A DNA stretch of 64,000 bases from Vulcanimicrobiota bacterium (GTDB lineage: Bacteria; Vulcanimicrobiota; Vulcanimicrobiia; Vulcanimicrobiales; Vulcanimicrobiaceae). Shown here piece after piece: positions 52,877-63,500 of this stretch (the stretch's first letter is position 1; every line of letters starts with the position of its first letter). The position numbers were made by a program, and so were the translations under genes. The notes under the pieces are model-generated. The model searched no databases. It was given only the letters and a program-made list of their open reading frames with translations, and was not told the origin of the DNA. Where the stretch lies: NCBI GenBank assembly GCA_963820825.1, contig CAWGBN010000005.1:160001-224000 (forward strand), in the 5' to 3' direction.

Positions 52877-53508
52877 TTGGCGAGAAGCCGTCTGCTCGCA
52901 GATGCCCTAGCTAAGACCGCCGCCGAAGCGCTGGAGCTCCTGAAGGCCGGCAACGCGCGATTCGTCGCCGGCGCGCCGCAATCCGAGCCCACGGGCGCGC
53001 GGCGCCGAGTTGGCGAGCGCCAGAGCCCCTTCGCGTCGTCCTAGGCTGCTCCGACTCACGCGTGCCGATCGAGACGATCTTCGATCAGCCGCCCGGCCGT
53101 CTGTTCGTGGTGCGCGTCGCCGGAAATTTTCTCAACGAGGACAACCTCGGCTCGATCGAGTTCAGCGTCGCCGTTCTGAAATCCGGCTCATTCTGGTCCT
53201 CGGCCACTCGCAACTGCGGCGCGGTGAGCGCCGCCGTCGGCTACGTCAGCGACGGCACCGACCCAGCCGGGCTACATCCAGGAGTTGGTCGACGCAAGCT
53301 CGGCCCCGCCGGCGCGCAACGTCCGCGGCGACCCCGGGCGACTGGATCGGAGAACGCCGTCGCCGAGAACGTCAAGCTCAACGTTGCCGCCATGACCGGC
53401 CGGTCCGACGATCATCGCCGAGGCCGTAGCGAGCGGCGAATCGAGGTAAAGGGTGGAGTCTACGACGTCACGCACCGGACGCGTCACGTTCTTCTAACGG
53501 CTTTGTGA
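52877..53508 (+). CDS. Beta-class carbonic anhydrase (frameshifted)
   Basis: ALELLKAGNARF, GCSDSRVP..IFDQ..LFVVRVAGN, GSIEF, LGH..CGAV. Confidence 0.92.
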
Positions 53509-55317
53509 GACAGCGCCGATCGCGTTTCGTCTGCGAGCGGCTCTCCTTCGCGGTCGTCGCGATCGGCACGATGTCATGGTCATCGTCTTCGTCGTCGTCG
53601 AAGGCAACTCGACGCAAACTGGGCTTCTTTCCGATCCTCTTCCAGCACAACGACAACGTCGTTCAAGTCGAGGCGCGATCCTCGACCGCCGTCCCGCTGC
53701 AGACCGGCGATCGCCTCAACCTCGGCGCGCTCGACGCCGCAGCAGCGTTTCGCGCTGCTGCGCGGAGCGCACGCGAAAACGACGATCCCGGTGCAAGTCA
53801 CGCGCAACGGGCGCACCTTCGATACGGTCATTACGGCGAGCCCGCCCGATTATTCCGCCGCGCGCCACGCTCACGCGCGTACGTCGGCACGCCGCTCTGC
53901 TTCTTCCTCTCGCTGGCGTTGGCCAGCGCGCTCTTCCTGATGCGACCGCGGCCGATCACGCTGGCCTTCTACCTTTACACGATGCTGATGCTGATCAAGG
54001 TGAACGAGACCCCGCTCGATCTCGCCGCCTGGCCGATCAGTTTTGTCAGCTACGTCGCCATTCAGTTCGTCTATCCGGCCGCGCAGCTGATGATCTTGAT
54101 CTTCGCGCAACGCCTCTACGGCGGCCCCGAGACGCGCCTGGCCTTGGTTCTTGGGCACCGCGATCGGCCTCTCCGTGCTCGTGTTCGTTCGCCTGGCTCG
54201 ATCCGATCGTCTGGCTCGTCTATCAGCGCTTTGGGTTCCCCGGGCCGGTGCTGCTCATCGAGAGCATCTCTCGACTGCGCTGCTGCTCATCGTCGTCCTG
54301 ACCGGACTTGCGTACATCGCGTCGGGCGCGACCGACTATCGCTCGCGGCCGCGTCTACTGGGTTATCGCCGGCATCGCGCTCGCGCCGACTGCTCGATCT
54401 CACCTGGGCGCTCGCGCAACGTGCTGAGCACGCTCGTCGGCAACACCTCGGTGCCGCTGCTCGATCTTACTGCAGTGGACCGACGCGCTGCTGCCGTGGT
54501 TCGGCCTGGCCGGCTCGATCTTCGTCGTCTACGGCTTCCTCTCGCAACGCGTGCTCGATTTTCGCTTCGCCATCGGCCGCGCCGCCATCTACGGCGCGGT
54601 GACGGCGGTGATTGCTGCTCGTCTTCGGCATTATCGAATGGTGGGCCAGCAAGTCTTCGAGAGCACGCGTCCCGCGATTTACGTCAGCCTCTTCGCCGCG
54701 CTCTTTATCGGCTTTTCGCTCAACGCGCTGCACGGCCGCGTCGAGAACTCTCCTCAACACGGTCTTCTTTCGCGATCAGCGACGCGCCGAGGAGGCCCTG
54801 CGCCACGCCTCGCGCGCGCTGGCCAATACGTCGTCCGAAGAAGACGCTGGTCGAGTTTCTCGTTTACGAACCGGTCGCGCGTGCTCGGACTCACCGAGGA
54901 CGCGCTATTTCTCGCGCAGCGCGAGGACGGAGCATTCGTACGCGCCGCCGATCGCGGCTGGACGCGTCGCAGAAGCCGAGCGTATCGATCCCGAGGATCC
55001 GCTCATCGTCGAGCTGCGCGCCGAGCAAGCTCCGATCGTGCTCGACGGCCGGCCGCGCGCGGAGACGATTTTGCCCTGCGGCGCAAAGGCGCCCTCGCTC
55101 GTCGTGCCGCTGCTGATGCGCGGCGCGGTCTTCGGCTTCGTGTTCTACGGGGCACGCAGCGACGGCACGCCCTTTACGGCAGACGAGCGCGCGCTGCTCG
55201 AAGGCAATCGCCCGCAGCGCCGCGGCCGCGTACGATCACATCGATGCCGAGCAATCGCACGCTCGAATCGCCGAGCTCGAGGGCCGCCTACGCGCACTCG
55301 GCGCAGGCCCGTAATCT
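53505..55317 (+). CDS. Multi-TM membrane protein with C-terminal GAF domain (frameshifted)
   Basis: PDZ-like LQTGDRL segment, multiple TM helices, RVLDFRFAIGRAAIY, LVVPLLMRGAVFGFVFYGARSDGTPFTADERALL. Confidence 0.7.
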
Positions 55318-55927
55318 AGGGCCGTAACGCCGCCATCGCATCGGCGCATTCGCGCTCCGTCTGATCGTCGGAGCGCGCGAGCTGCTCGGTAACGCGTAGC
55401 CGGTCGGGTTCGGTGCGGTTCTGGCTCAGCTTCGCCTTGGCGATGAGAAGCTCGGCGCGCAGCTCGAAGGCGACGATTGCGCGCAGCTGCCCGTCACGGT
55501 AATCGGCGTCGAGCCGCTGTGGGTCCCATGCGTCGGCGCCGCTGCCTTCGACGCGTTCGGTGAGGAGCCGCAGCGCGTACCACGCGTCGCACTCGCGCAA
55601 CCGGCCGCAGGCATGAACCGCCGTATAGTTCCAGGTCGGCACGGTGGCGTACGGCTCCTCATACCACGAAGCGCTGACGTACGCGTGCGGACCTTGGAAG
55701 ATCAGCGTAGCAGGAGCCCCGGCGAGAATCGAGCGCGATTGCGGGTTTGCCCGTGCAACGTGTCCGACGATCCAAATGCCATCATCACGCTCCTGCGCTA
55801 CCAGCGGCAGGTGCGTCGAGCGCGGATACTCACCCTCGCTGGTCACCAGCAAGCCGAACGGATAGCGCCGGATCAGCTCCAGCGCCCACGCTCGATCGGT
55901 TACCTCAAACTCGCGCGGCGTGTACAC
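55316..55927 (-). CDS. FMN-binding PaiB-family protein
   Basis: MYTPREF, THLP, GHVARANPQ, GPHAYVSASWY..VPTWNY, KAKLSQNR. Confidence 0.93.
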   Translation of the reverse strand: MYTPREFEVTDRAWALELIRRYPFGLLVTSEGEYPRSTHLPLVAQERDDGIWIVGHVARANPQSRSILAGAPATLIFQGPHAYVSASWYEEPYATVPTWNYTAVHACGRLRECDAWYALRLLTERVEGSGADAWDPQRLDADYRDGQLRAIVAFELRAELLIAKAKLSQNRTEPDRLRVTEQLARSDDQTERECADAMAALRP

Positions 55928-55940
55928 GTAAAGCTCGACG

Positions 55941-57716
55941 CTACCGCGATTTCAGTAGCTTAACGCTCGCCTTGGCATCGATGAGCTTGAGATTTGACCC
56001 GGCTACCGGCGTCGCGCCACGGACGATGAGGTCGCGAACTTGCTGCGGCGTGAGTTTCGGATCGAGCGCGAAGAGTTTGGCCGCGAGATTCGTTACGTTC
56101 GGCGCGGCCATTGAGGTGCCCGAAAACTGAACGATATACCCCTGCGGTATCTTGCTCGGTACGTGAAACCCGTCGGCGTAGACCGCCACCGTCGGGCCGT
56201 AGCTGGTGAAGCTCGTCGCCTCTCCCGCCTGATTCACCGCTCCCACGGTAATCAAGTTCGGATAGTTGAGCGAACTCGGAACGTCTTGCGCGAAGCTCGC
56301 ATCGTTATCGCCGTTGCCGGCCGCCGCGACGAAGAGCGTCCCCGGCGTATCGGCGATCATCTTCGCAATCGCGCCGCGCCAAATGGCGTAGAGCTCCTGC
56401 GCCTTCGCCTTGCGCTCTTGCGCGCTGCTGATCGATGCGGTTTTCGCCAGCCACTGCTCGAACTCGCTCACTTGATCGCCCCAGCTCATGTTGACGACCC
56501 GAACGTTCTTCGCGCGAAGGAACGCGCCGATCGCGGCAAAATCGTCGGCCATTCGATTCGCCCACTCCGTCGTCGGCGCAAACGGCAGATTCGGAAGATT
56601 GTCGTCGAAGCGCATCACGACGATCCGCGCGCCCGGATTGCCCCGCGACGCGATCCCGGCAACGTGGGACCCGTGCGAGTACTCCCCCACAAAATCCATC
56701 TCACGCTCGAAGGCCTCGCGCTGCGTTACGTTCATGGAGCGCATGTAGGCCGCCGCCGCGGCCGCCTGCGGCGATGAAATGCCGTTGCCCAAATCGCTCA
56801 GCCCGGTCATCACCTTCACGAGCTTCGGATAGTCGGCGGCGACGTCGGGAGGCAACGGGTACGTATCCAAGCTCGACGGTGCGCCGTCGTCGGCGAAGGC
56901 GAGACCGTGCTGTGCGGCCGACGCGCCGCCGTACATCAATCCGGGGTAATCCTTCGGATCCACGCCCGAATCGAGGATGCCGACCCGCACTGGCGCTTTG
57001 ATCTGCGACGCCTTCAGCGTCACGTCGCGCGTGGCCCAGATATCCGGCTTGGTAACGTTATGCGCCGCAATGTACGCTTGTAGAATCTTCGCATCTTGCG
57101 CGAGGAGCGGCAGCAGCGTGAGCTGAGCGCGCAGCTGAACCAGCTCGCGCGCCGAAGGGCCGTCGAGCGTCCCCGTCTTGGCGGCGATCGGATCCAAATC
57201 GTGCCCGGCCTCTGCGACGATCGCGTCGCTCGTCGCGATCGGTTCGAAGGCCGCCATCCCCTTCACCGAATCGGCAACCGTGCCCCATGGAAGCGCATTA
57301 ACCGCCACGCGATCCTGCGCCGCGAAGTCTCCCGAAACGTAGGCAAGCTGCAGCCTTCCCGCGAGCAGGGCGCTCGACGCTTTCGTCTCGGCGCCCCGCA
57401 GCTGCGCAACCGTCGAGCGCACGCCGGCGGCATCGCCGTTGAGCACCTTTCCGGCTAACTGCGTCGACAGATAGTCGCGCAGCGTCGACTTGTCCTCAAT
57501 GTCGTAGCTCGCGAGCGTCTTCGCAACGTCGGACTCGACCGCGGCGAGAAACGGCGCGAATGCCGCATCGCTTGCGGTGAGCAAGGTTGACGGTGGAGTC
57601 GGCATCGGGTAGGCAAAGCGCGGAAGCTGAGTCTCGTCGGTTACGACCGACTTCGAGACCTGGGCGCCGGCGGGAAGCGGCACCAACAGCAAAGCGACCA
57701 CAAGGATTATCTTCAT
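55941..57716 (-). CDS. Secreted S8 (subtilisin-like) serine peptidase
   Basis: Triad VGILDSG / HGSHVAG / SGTSMAAP; VVNMSWG, AAAGN. Confidence 0.95.
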   Translation of the reverse strand: MKIILVVALLLVPLPAGAQVSKSVVTDETQLPRFAYPMPTPPSTLLTASDAAFAPFLAAVESDVAKTLASYDIEDKSTLRDYLSTQLAGKVLNGDAAGVRSTVAQLRGAETKASSALLAGRLQLAYVSGDFAAQDRVAVNALPWGTVADSVKGMAAFEPIATSDAIVAEAGHDLDPIAAKTGTLDGPSARELVQLRAQLTLLPLLAQDAKILQAYIAAHNVTKPDIWATRDVTLKASQIKAPVRVGILDSGVDPKDYPGLMYGGASAAQHGLAFADDGAPSSLDTYPLPPDVAADYPKLVKVMTGLSDLGNGISSPQAAAAAAYMRSMNVTQREAFEREMDFVGEYSHGSHVAGIASRGNPGARIVVMRFDDNLPNLPFAPTTEWANRMADDFAAIGAFLRAKNVRVVNMSWGDQVSEFEQWLAKTASISSAQERKAKAQELYAIWRGAIAKMIADTPGTLFVAAAGNGDNDASFAQDVPSSLNYPNLITVGAVNQAGEATSFTSYGPTVAVYADGFHVPSKIPQGYIVQFSGTSMAAPNVTNLAAKLFALDPKLTPQQVRDLIVRGATPVAGSNLKLIDAKASVKLLKSR

Positions 57717-57719
57717 TAG

Positions 57720-58727
57720 TTATCTCGCTACGCTCACGGCGGCGGCGACGGGATATTGAAATCCCATCAGGGTTTTTGTCGGCGCTCCGCCGGCGGGGTA
57801 TGCAAAGAACCTTGCGTTGTTCTGGCAGGCATCGGGGGCCGCGACCGTGCCGGACTTGATCGAGAATCCGAGCACGTCGCAACTACCGTTGAGAATCGTC
57901 GTGCCCTTCACCGTCGCGTTCAACCCGGTAACACTGAGCTGATAGATCGCCGATGTGTGCCCGTTTTGATAGGCCTGGTCTCCGACGGCCACGTACTGCC
58001 CATCCCAGCGCACCCCGCCAGGAAATTCGATCGCCGTATCGAGCTGCAGGGCTTGGAGCTTTGAGCCGCCGGCCGGAACCTCGGCGAGGTCGAAATCATA
58101 CGTCTTGTCCAAGCCGTCCACGAAGAGATTCCCCGAAGCGTCGTAACCGCAGAAGTATGCGGCGGCGATCTGCGCGCCTTGATACTCTTTGGGCGTACCC
58201 TGCGCTTTGGTAAAGACCCACAAGCCGCCGGTTGCAGCCGCACCGCCGAGATCGGCGACCGCGAGGTTCCCGCTTCCCGGATCGACGGCACAGCCCGTCA
58301 GCCGTTGCGCACCAACCACGGTCAGCGTCGCAACCGGCTTCGTGCCACGGTGCAGATACTTCACCAGCTTCGAGGCGGACGACTCAACGATCCAAATCGC
58401 GCCCGACGCGCCGTTGCAGACGCCCGTCGGGTCGGACAAACCGCTGAGCGTCCCGACCTTCTTCCCGCCGGGATAGGTGTAGACGAAGACGTCGCCGGCG
58501 CCGGCATCGGATACGTAGAGCAGCGTCTGGCCGCTATCGCTGTGGACCATCCACGACGGACTGCGATCCGGGTGCGCAACGCGCGGCGCGCCGTGCAGCG
58601 CGAGCGGCGGAATGGAGAAGCGCTCGGGCGCGATCGCCGCCGGCGCACATGCGCAAAGAACCAATGCCGCGCCGGCCGTCATTGCAAGCCGTCGCCTGCG
58701 ATCTGCCGTTACGAACGCGGCGCTCAC
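57720..58727 (-). CDS. Lipoprotein beta-propeller family paralog
   Basis: [70 protein letters not shown]. Confidence 0.87.
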   Translation of the reverse strand: MSAAFVTADRRRRLAMTAGAALVLCACAPAAIAPERFSIPPLALHGAPRVAHPDRSPSWMVHSDSGQTLLYVSDAGAGDVFVYTYPGGKKVGTLSGLSDPTGVCNGASGAIWIVESSASKLVKYLHRGTKPVATLTVVGAQRLTGCAVDPGSGNLAVADLGGAAATGGLWVFTKAQGTPKEYQGAQIAAAYFCGYDASGNLFVDGLDKTYDFDLAEVPAGGSKLQALQLDTAIEFPGGVRWDGQYVAVGDQAYQNGHTSAIYQLSVTGLNATVKGTTILNGSCDVLGFSIKSGTVAAPDACQNNARFFAYPAGGAPTKTLMGFQYPVAAAVSVAR

Positions 58728-58736
58728 GATACGAAG

Positions 58737-59444
58737 CTAGGCCGGTCGCTTTAACCCGGTTCGGATCGACCTTCACGCCCGGACCCATCGTGCTCGCCAG
58801 CGTGACGCTGCGCAGGTAGGTTCCCTTCGCGGCGGCCGGTTTGGCACGAACGATCGCATCGAGCAGCGTCGTGACGTTCTCGATCAGCTGCTGCTTCGTC
58901 GAAGCTCGCCTTGCCGACGATGGTGTGAATGATTCCCGTCTTGTCGAGACGGAACTCCACCTTACCGGCCTTGATGTCGCGAATCGCCGCCGCCGATGTT
59001 CGGCGTCACCGTTCCGGCCTTCGGGTTGGGCATCTTCTGCGCCAGGATGCGGCCGAGCTCCTTACCGACCTGCGCCATCATGTCGGGCGTCGCGACGGCA
59101 ACGTCGAACTCGGTGAAGCCGGCCTTGACGCGATCGATCAGATCCTGATCGCCGACGATGTCGGCGCCGGCCTCTTGCGCGGCCTTGGCGTTGTCGCCCT
59201 TGGCGAACGCGATGACGCGCACCGTGCGGCCCGTGCCGTGCGGCAAGCAGAACCGTGCCGCGAACGTTCTGATCGCTCTTCTTCGGATCGACGCCGAGCC
59301 GGATGTGCGCTTCGACGGTTTCGTTGAACTTCGCGTTGGCGTTCTTCTTGACGAGCGCGATCGCTTCGGGCGCCGAGAAGAGCTGCTGGCGCGATCGTAG
59401 CTCTGCGCTAGCGTCTTGAATCGTTTTCCGTGATGTTGCGGCAT
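58737..59444 (-). CDS. rplA: 50S ribosomal protein L1 (frameshifted)
   Basis: [54 protein letters not shown]. Confidence 0.96.
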
Positions 59445-59445
59445 C

Positions 59446-59871
59446 TTACGCTTCCACCTCGACGCCCATCGAGCGCGCCGTTCCGGCGACGATCTTCTTC
59501 GCCGCCTCGATGTCGTTGGCGTTGATGTCGGGCATCTTCACCTTGGCGATCTCTTCGAGCTGCGTCTGCGTCAGCTTGCCGACCTTATTGCGGTTGGGCT
59601 CTTTGCTGCCCGACTCGATCTTGAGCGCCTGCTTGATGAGGAACGACGCCGGCGGCGTCTTGGTGATGAACGTGAACGTGCGGTCTTCGAAGACGGTGAT
59701 CTCGACCGGAATGATCATGCCCGCCTGCGATGCAGTACGCTCGTTGTACTGCTTGCAGAAATCCATGATGTTGAGCGAGTAGGGTCCGAGTGCCGGACCG
59801 ATCGGCGGCGCCGGCGTCGCCTTGCCGGCCGGAATCTGTAGGCCGATCTTGCCTACGACTTTCTTAGCCAC
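59446..59871 (-). CDS. rplK: 50S ribosomal protein L11
   Basis: [45 protein letters not shown]. Confidence 0.98.
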   Translation of the reverse strand: MAKKVVGKIGLQIPAGKATPAPPIGPALGPYSLNIMDFCKQYNERTASQAGMIIPVEITVFEDRTFTFITKTPPASFLIKQALKIESGSKEPNRNKVGKLTQTQLEEIAKVKMPDINANDIEAAKKIVAGTARSMGVEVEA

Positions 59872-59972
59872 GATGCTCTCCTTAGCGATGCATCGGAACG
59901 ATGCTTCTCCCCCTCTGTATCTCGCGCACCGGACGCCGGGGTCATCGTCCGAGCGTCGAAGTACACGTAGCT

Positions 59973-60764
59973 TTAGACCTTCTCCACCTGGAAGAACTCC
60001 AGCTCGACCGGCGTTTCGCGGCCGAAGATCGAGATGAGCGCGCGCAGGCGTTCCTTCTCCGGCGCGATCTCGTCGACGACGCCGGTGAAGTCGAAGAACG
60101 GTCCCGAGGTGACCTTGACGCGGTCGCCCTTCTTGAAGTCGATCTTGAGCTTCGGCGCCTCGATGCCCATCTGCTTGAGGATCGTCTTGACTTCTTTGTC
60201 CTGCAGCGGCACCGGCTTCTCGCCCGGGCCCGGACTGCCGACGAAGCCGGTGACGCCCTGCGTGTTGCGCACGACGTACCAGGACTGGTCGTCCATGATC
60301 ATCTCGACCAGAACGTAGCCCGGAAAAACTTTCTTCGGCGTGATCTTGCGCTTGCCGTCTTTGAACTCGACCTCGTCTTCCATCGGAACGAGCACGCGGA
60401 AGATCTTGTCCTGCATGCCCATCGAATGGATGCGGCGCTCGAGATTCGCCTTGACCTTGTTCTCGTAGCCCGAGTACGTGTGGACGACGAACCAGTTGCG
60501 GTTGTCCTTCGGCTTGGGCCGCGCGGCTCGCCGTCGGTCGGCCTGCGATCTCTTCGACTTCGGCTTCGCCGATCGTCTTCGTCGGCGTCTCGCCGTCCGA
60601 GCGATCTCGTTCGGTCGGCGTTTCCTCGGTGAGCGGCTCCTCGGTCAGCGTTTCCACGTCGCGCCCGACGACGTCGCCCATCTGCGAATCGTCGATGACG
60701 GCCTCGTTCGGCGAGCGTCTCGGCGTTGCTCGAACGGCGGTCTCGCGGTTCCGATGTCGTACAT
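59973..60764 (-). CDS. nusG: Transcription factor NusG with acidic N-terminal extension (start uncertain)
   Basis: [57 protein letters not shown]. Confidence 0.95.
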
Positions 60765-60779
60765 CGGTATCGCTGCACG

Positions 60780-61007
60780 TTACCCGAGGTGACCGGATGG
60801 ATCACGCTGAAGAGCCATCCGAAGAGCTGGTCGAGAACGAACGTGAACAGGCCGATGCCGACGACCAGCGCGATCGTCAGGATCGTCGCGGAGATCCATT
60901 CCTCGCGCGTCGGCCAGGTGACGCGACGCAGCTCCGCGATCACACCGCGGACGAAATCGCCTCCGCCCGAGGGCCTGGGCCGTTCTCTTTTGCTGTTCGT
61001 TCACCAA
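60780..61007 (-). CDS. secE: Preprotein translocase subunit SecE (frameshifted)
   Basis: [12 protein letters not shown] followed by a TM helix; position between tRNA-Trp and nusG. Confidence 0.93.
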   Translation of the reverse strand: MVNEQQKRTAQALGRRRFRPRCDRGAASRHLADARGMDLRDDPDDRAGRRHRPVHVRSRPALRMALQRDPSGHLG

Positions 61008-61026
61008 AGGTTCATCTTCCGAAGAC

Positions 61027-61102
61027 TGGCAGGGCGGACAGGACTCGAACCTGCAACAACTGGTTTTGGAGACCAGGACTCTACCAATTGAGCTACCGCC
61101 CT
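61027..61102 (-). tRNA. tRNA-Trp(CCA)
   Basis: AGGGCGGTAGCTCAATTGGTAGAGTCCTGGTCTCCAAAACCAG...GGTTCGAGTCCTGTCCGCCCTGCCA. Confidence 0.96.
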
Positions 61103-61266
61103 ATCTGCGTCTCTCGTGCGGTCTGGTGACAGCGGCAGAAGCGGCAGTACTTGCTGAGCTCCAGCCGGTCCGTCGTCTTCTGCTTGTTCTTTTGCGTGTT
61201 GTAGTTCCGGCGCTTGCACTCGGTGCACGCCAGGACGACCATCACGCGCGTTTCTTTCTTTGCCAT
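61101..61266 (-). CDS. rpmG: 50S ribosomal protein L33 (Zn-binding C+ form)
   Basis: [47 protein letters not shown]; not in ORF track. Confidence 0.95.
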
Positions 61267-61457
61267 TCAGTAGTCTACCACAACATGAATAAAACGGACC
61301 GCCGGTCCGTTCCAGAAGACCCATGCTAGCATACCCGCCCCGCGTCCCGCAACGGGTGCCGTCGGAGCGGCCAAGCAACCAAGCAAGTGAGCCGTCCGCC
61401 CGGGGACCTGAATGCCGCTCCGTTGAAGGCCGTTATCCCGCCAGAGGACGTGCTCGG

Positions 61458-62459
61458 ATGACCGTTGACCCCCGCTTTCGTTTTGGAGCGCTGCTCGCTC
61501 TAGGAGCCATGCTCGCCGGCTGCGTCGCTTCGCAGCCCGGCATTCTGCCATCGCAGACCGACGGCGGCGCGATGGCCGGCAGGCTAGCGCAGCACGATCT
61601 GCTCTACGTAACGAATGCGAACGGAACGGTGAGCGTCTACCGCTACTGGCAGCGCACGCTCGCCTTCATCCTGACCGACTTCAAGAGACCCATGGGCGCG
61701 TGCGCGGATCGCGCCGGAAACGTCTACATCACCGATTACGCGCGCGAAAAAGTGTACGAGTTCGCGCACGGCGGCAAGAAGCCGATTGCCGTTCTCGACG
61801 ACGCGCCGTACAAACCCTACACCTGCTCCGTCTCCCCGTCGAACGGCAACCTCGCCGTTGCGAACTCGCCCTACGACGAATACGGAAAGGGCGGCAACAT
61901 CGCGATCTATCCGCACGGGAGCGGCAAGGCCGTGATTCTGCACGGCAGCGGTGGCTCGAACGGCATCCACTTCACCGGCTGTGCCTACGACGACCACGGC
62001 GACCTGCTCGCGCTCAACGAGTACCACTACAGTCCGTTTTGGTATCTGCAGTTTTACTATCTGCCGAAGCACGGCAAGCAGCTCTTGCCGATGACGCTCC
62101 CGGGAATGGGCTACGGCAGCTCGCACTTCGGCGTCGTCGAAAGCATCGCGTGGGACGGAAAGTACTGGGTCGTCGGACCGATCTACAACACGCTCTTCCT
62201 CTATACCATCAACGTGAAGGCCTACGAAGCCGGCACCATCTCGCTCTCGGGCGGGCGGCCGCCGTATCTCGGGCCGGTCGCGATCTACCGCAAGACCCTC
62301 AAAGGGCAAGGGACGCAGCTTGCCGGCGGCACCGGACCCTACGCCGGCGCGGCCGTCGAGTTCTTTAAGTATCCCGCCGGCGGAGATTCGATCGGCGAGA
62401 TCGGCAAAGACCTCGACGCGCCCTTCGGCGTTGCGATCAGCCTTCGAACCCAGACGTAA
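61458..62459 (+). CDS. Lipoprotein beta-propeller family paralog (Tyr-rich subfamily)
   Basis: Lipobox LAGC; LLYVTN..VYRYWQRTL, CADRAGNVY, CSVSPSNGNLAVAN, CAYDDHGDL, WDGKYW, KYPAGG. Confidence 0.87.
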   Translation: MTVDPRFRFGALLALGAMLAGCVASQPGILPSQTDGGAMAGRLAQHDLLYVTNANGTVSVYRYWQRTLAFILTDFKRPMGACADRAGNVYITDYAREKVYEFAHGGKKPIAVLDDAPYKPYTCSVSPSNGNLAVANSPYDEYGKGGNIAIYPHGSGKAVILHGSGGSNGIHFTGCAYDDHGDLLALNEYHYSPFWYLQFYYLPKHGKQLLPMTLPGMGYGSSHFGVVESIAWDGKYWVVGPIYNTLFLYTINVKAYEAGTISLSGGRPPYLGPVAIYRKTLKGQGTQLAGGTGPYAGAAVEFFKYPAGGDSIGEIGKDLDAPFGVAISLRTQT

Positions 62460-62483
62460 GACGCAGACGTAAGGAGAAAAACG

Positions 62484-63500
62484 ATGAACGCTTCTACGCG
62501 CGGCGCACTCGCACTCGCCGCCGGCGCACTGCTCGCCGGCTGCGGTCCATCGCCGCAGAGCCTCGTCCCGCCGAACAGATCGAGCGACGCATCCGCAAAT
62601 CCCGGTCATAGCGGTTCGTGGATGGCACGCGGCCTCGCGCAGCGAGATCTGCTCTACGTTTCAAACTCCAACGGAACCGTGAACGTCTACCGCTATTGGC
62701 AGCGGACGCTCGTCGGCGTTCTCACTAAATTTCAGCAGCCCCGGGGCGAATGTTCCGACGCTGCCGGCAACGTCTACATCACCGATTTTCGCGCGAAGAA
62801 GATCGACGTGTACGCCCACGGCGGCAGCAAACCGACGCGCGTCATCGACGATAAACCCTACACTCCGTCGGGCTGCTCGGTCTCACCCAGCAACGGGAAT
62901 CTCGCGGTCGCCAACTACGGCGAACACTACTCCTCGTACTACGGAACCGGCAACATCGCCGTCTTCCCGCACGGCGGCGGAACGCCGAAGTACTATGCGA
63001 GCTCCGACGACAACCATTTCACCAGCTGCGCCTACGACAATCACGGCGATCTCCTGGCAACGACGCTCTCGGGCTATAGCGGCATCTGGTATTACTACAC
63101 CGAGTTCTACTATCTCCCAAAGAAGTCGTCGCAGCCGATCTATATGGACCTCCCCAACCCGTACTTCAGCTCGGAATGGGATAACGTTCAATCGCTCGGC
63201 TGGGACGGCAAGTACTGGGTCGTCGATTCGTACGGTAATCTCTACCGCTACACGATCAATATCAAAGCGCAGTACGTCGACCGGATCTCGCTCAAGGGAA
63301 CCTATGGCGTCGGCGCTGTTTGGCTCTACCGCAAAACGTTCAAAACGGCGGCCACGCAAGTCGTCGGCGATTCCAGCAACTACAATAACCACAGCGCCGT
63401 CGATTACTTCAAATATCCGGGCGGCGGCGACCCCATTGATAGCGTCACCAAGGATCTCGACGCGCCCCTCGGCCTCACCGTCAGCCTGAGGACGAAATGA
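62484..63500 (+). CDS. Lipoprotein beta-propeller family paralog (tandem duplicate, Tyr-rich)
   Basis: Lipobox LAGC; SWMA..LLYVSN..VYRYWQRTL, ECSDAAGNVY, CSVSPSNGNLAVAN, WDGKYW, KYPGGG. Confidence 0.88.
   Translation: MNASTRGALALAAGALLAGCGPSPQSLVPPNRSSDASANPGHSGSWMARGLAQRDLLYVSNSNGTVNVYRYWQRTLVGVLTKFQQPRGECSDAAGNVYITDFRAKKIDVYAHGGSKPTRVIDDKPYTPSGCSVSPSNGNLAVANYGEHYSSYYGTGNIAVFPHGGGTPKYYASSDDNHFTSCAYDNHGDLLATTLSGYSGIWYYYTEFYYLPKKSSQPIYMDLPNPYFSSEWDNVQSLGWDGKYWVVDSYGNLYRYTINIKAQYVDRISLKGTYGVGAVWLYRKTFKTAATQVVGDSSNYNNHSAVDYFKYPGGGDPIDSVTKDLDAPLGLTVSLRTK

Noticed and set aside
627..61007. Pseudogene or programmed-frameshift calls for recG, thrS, pst, hppA, rpl genes and phaC
   Set aside because: Too many shifts in essential genes and no consistent slippery sites; best explained as sequencing/consensus indels.
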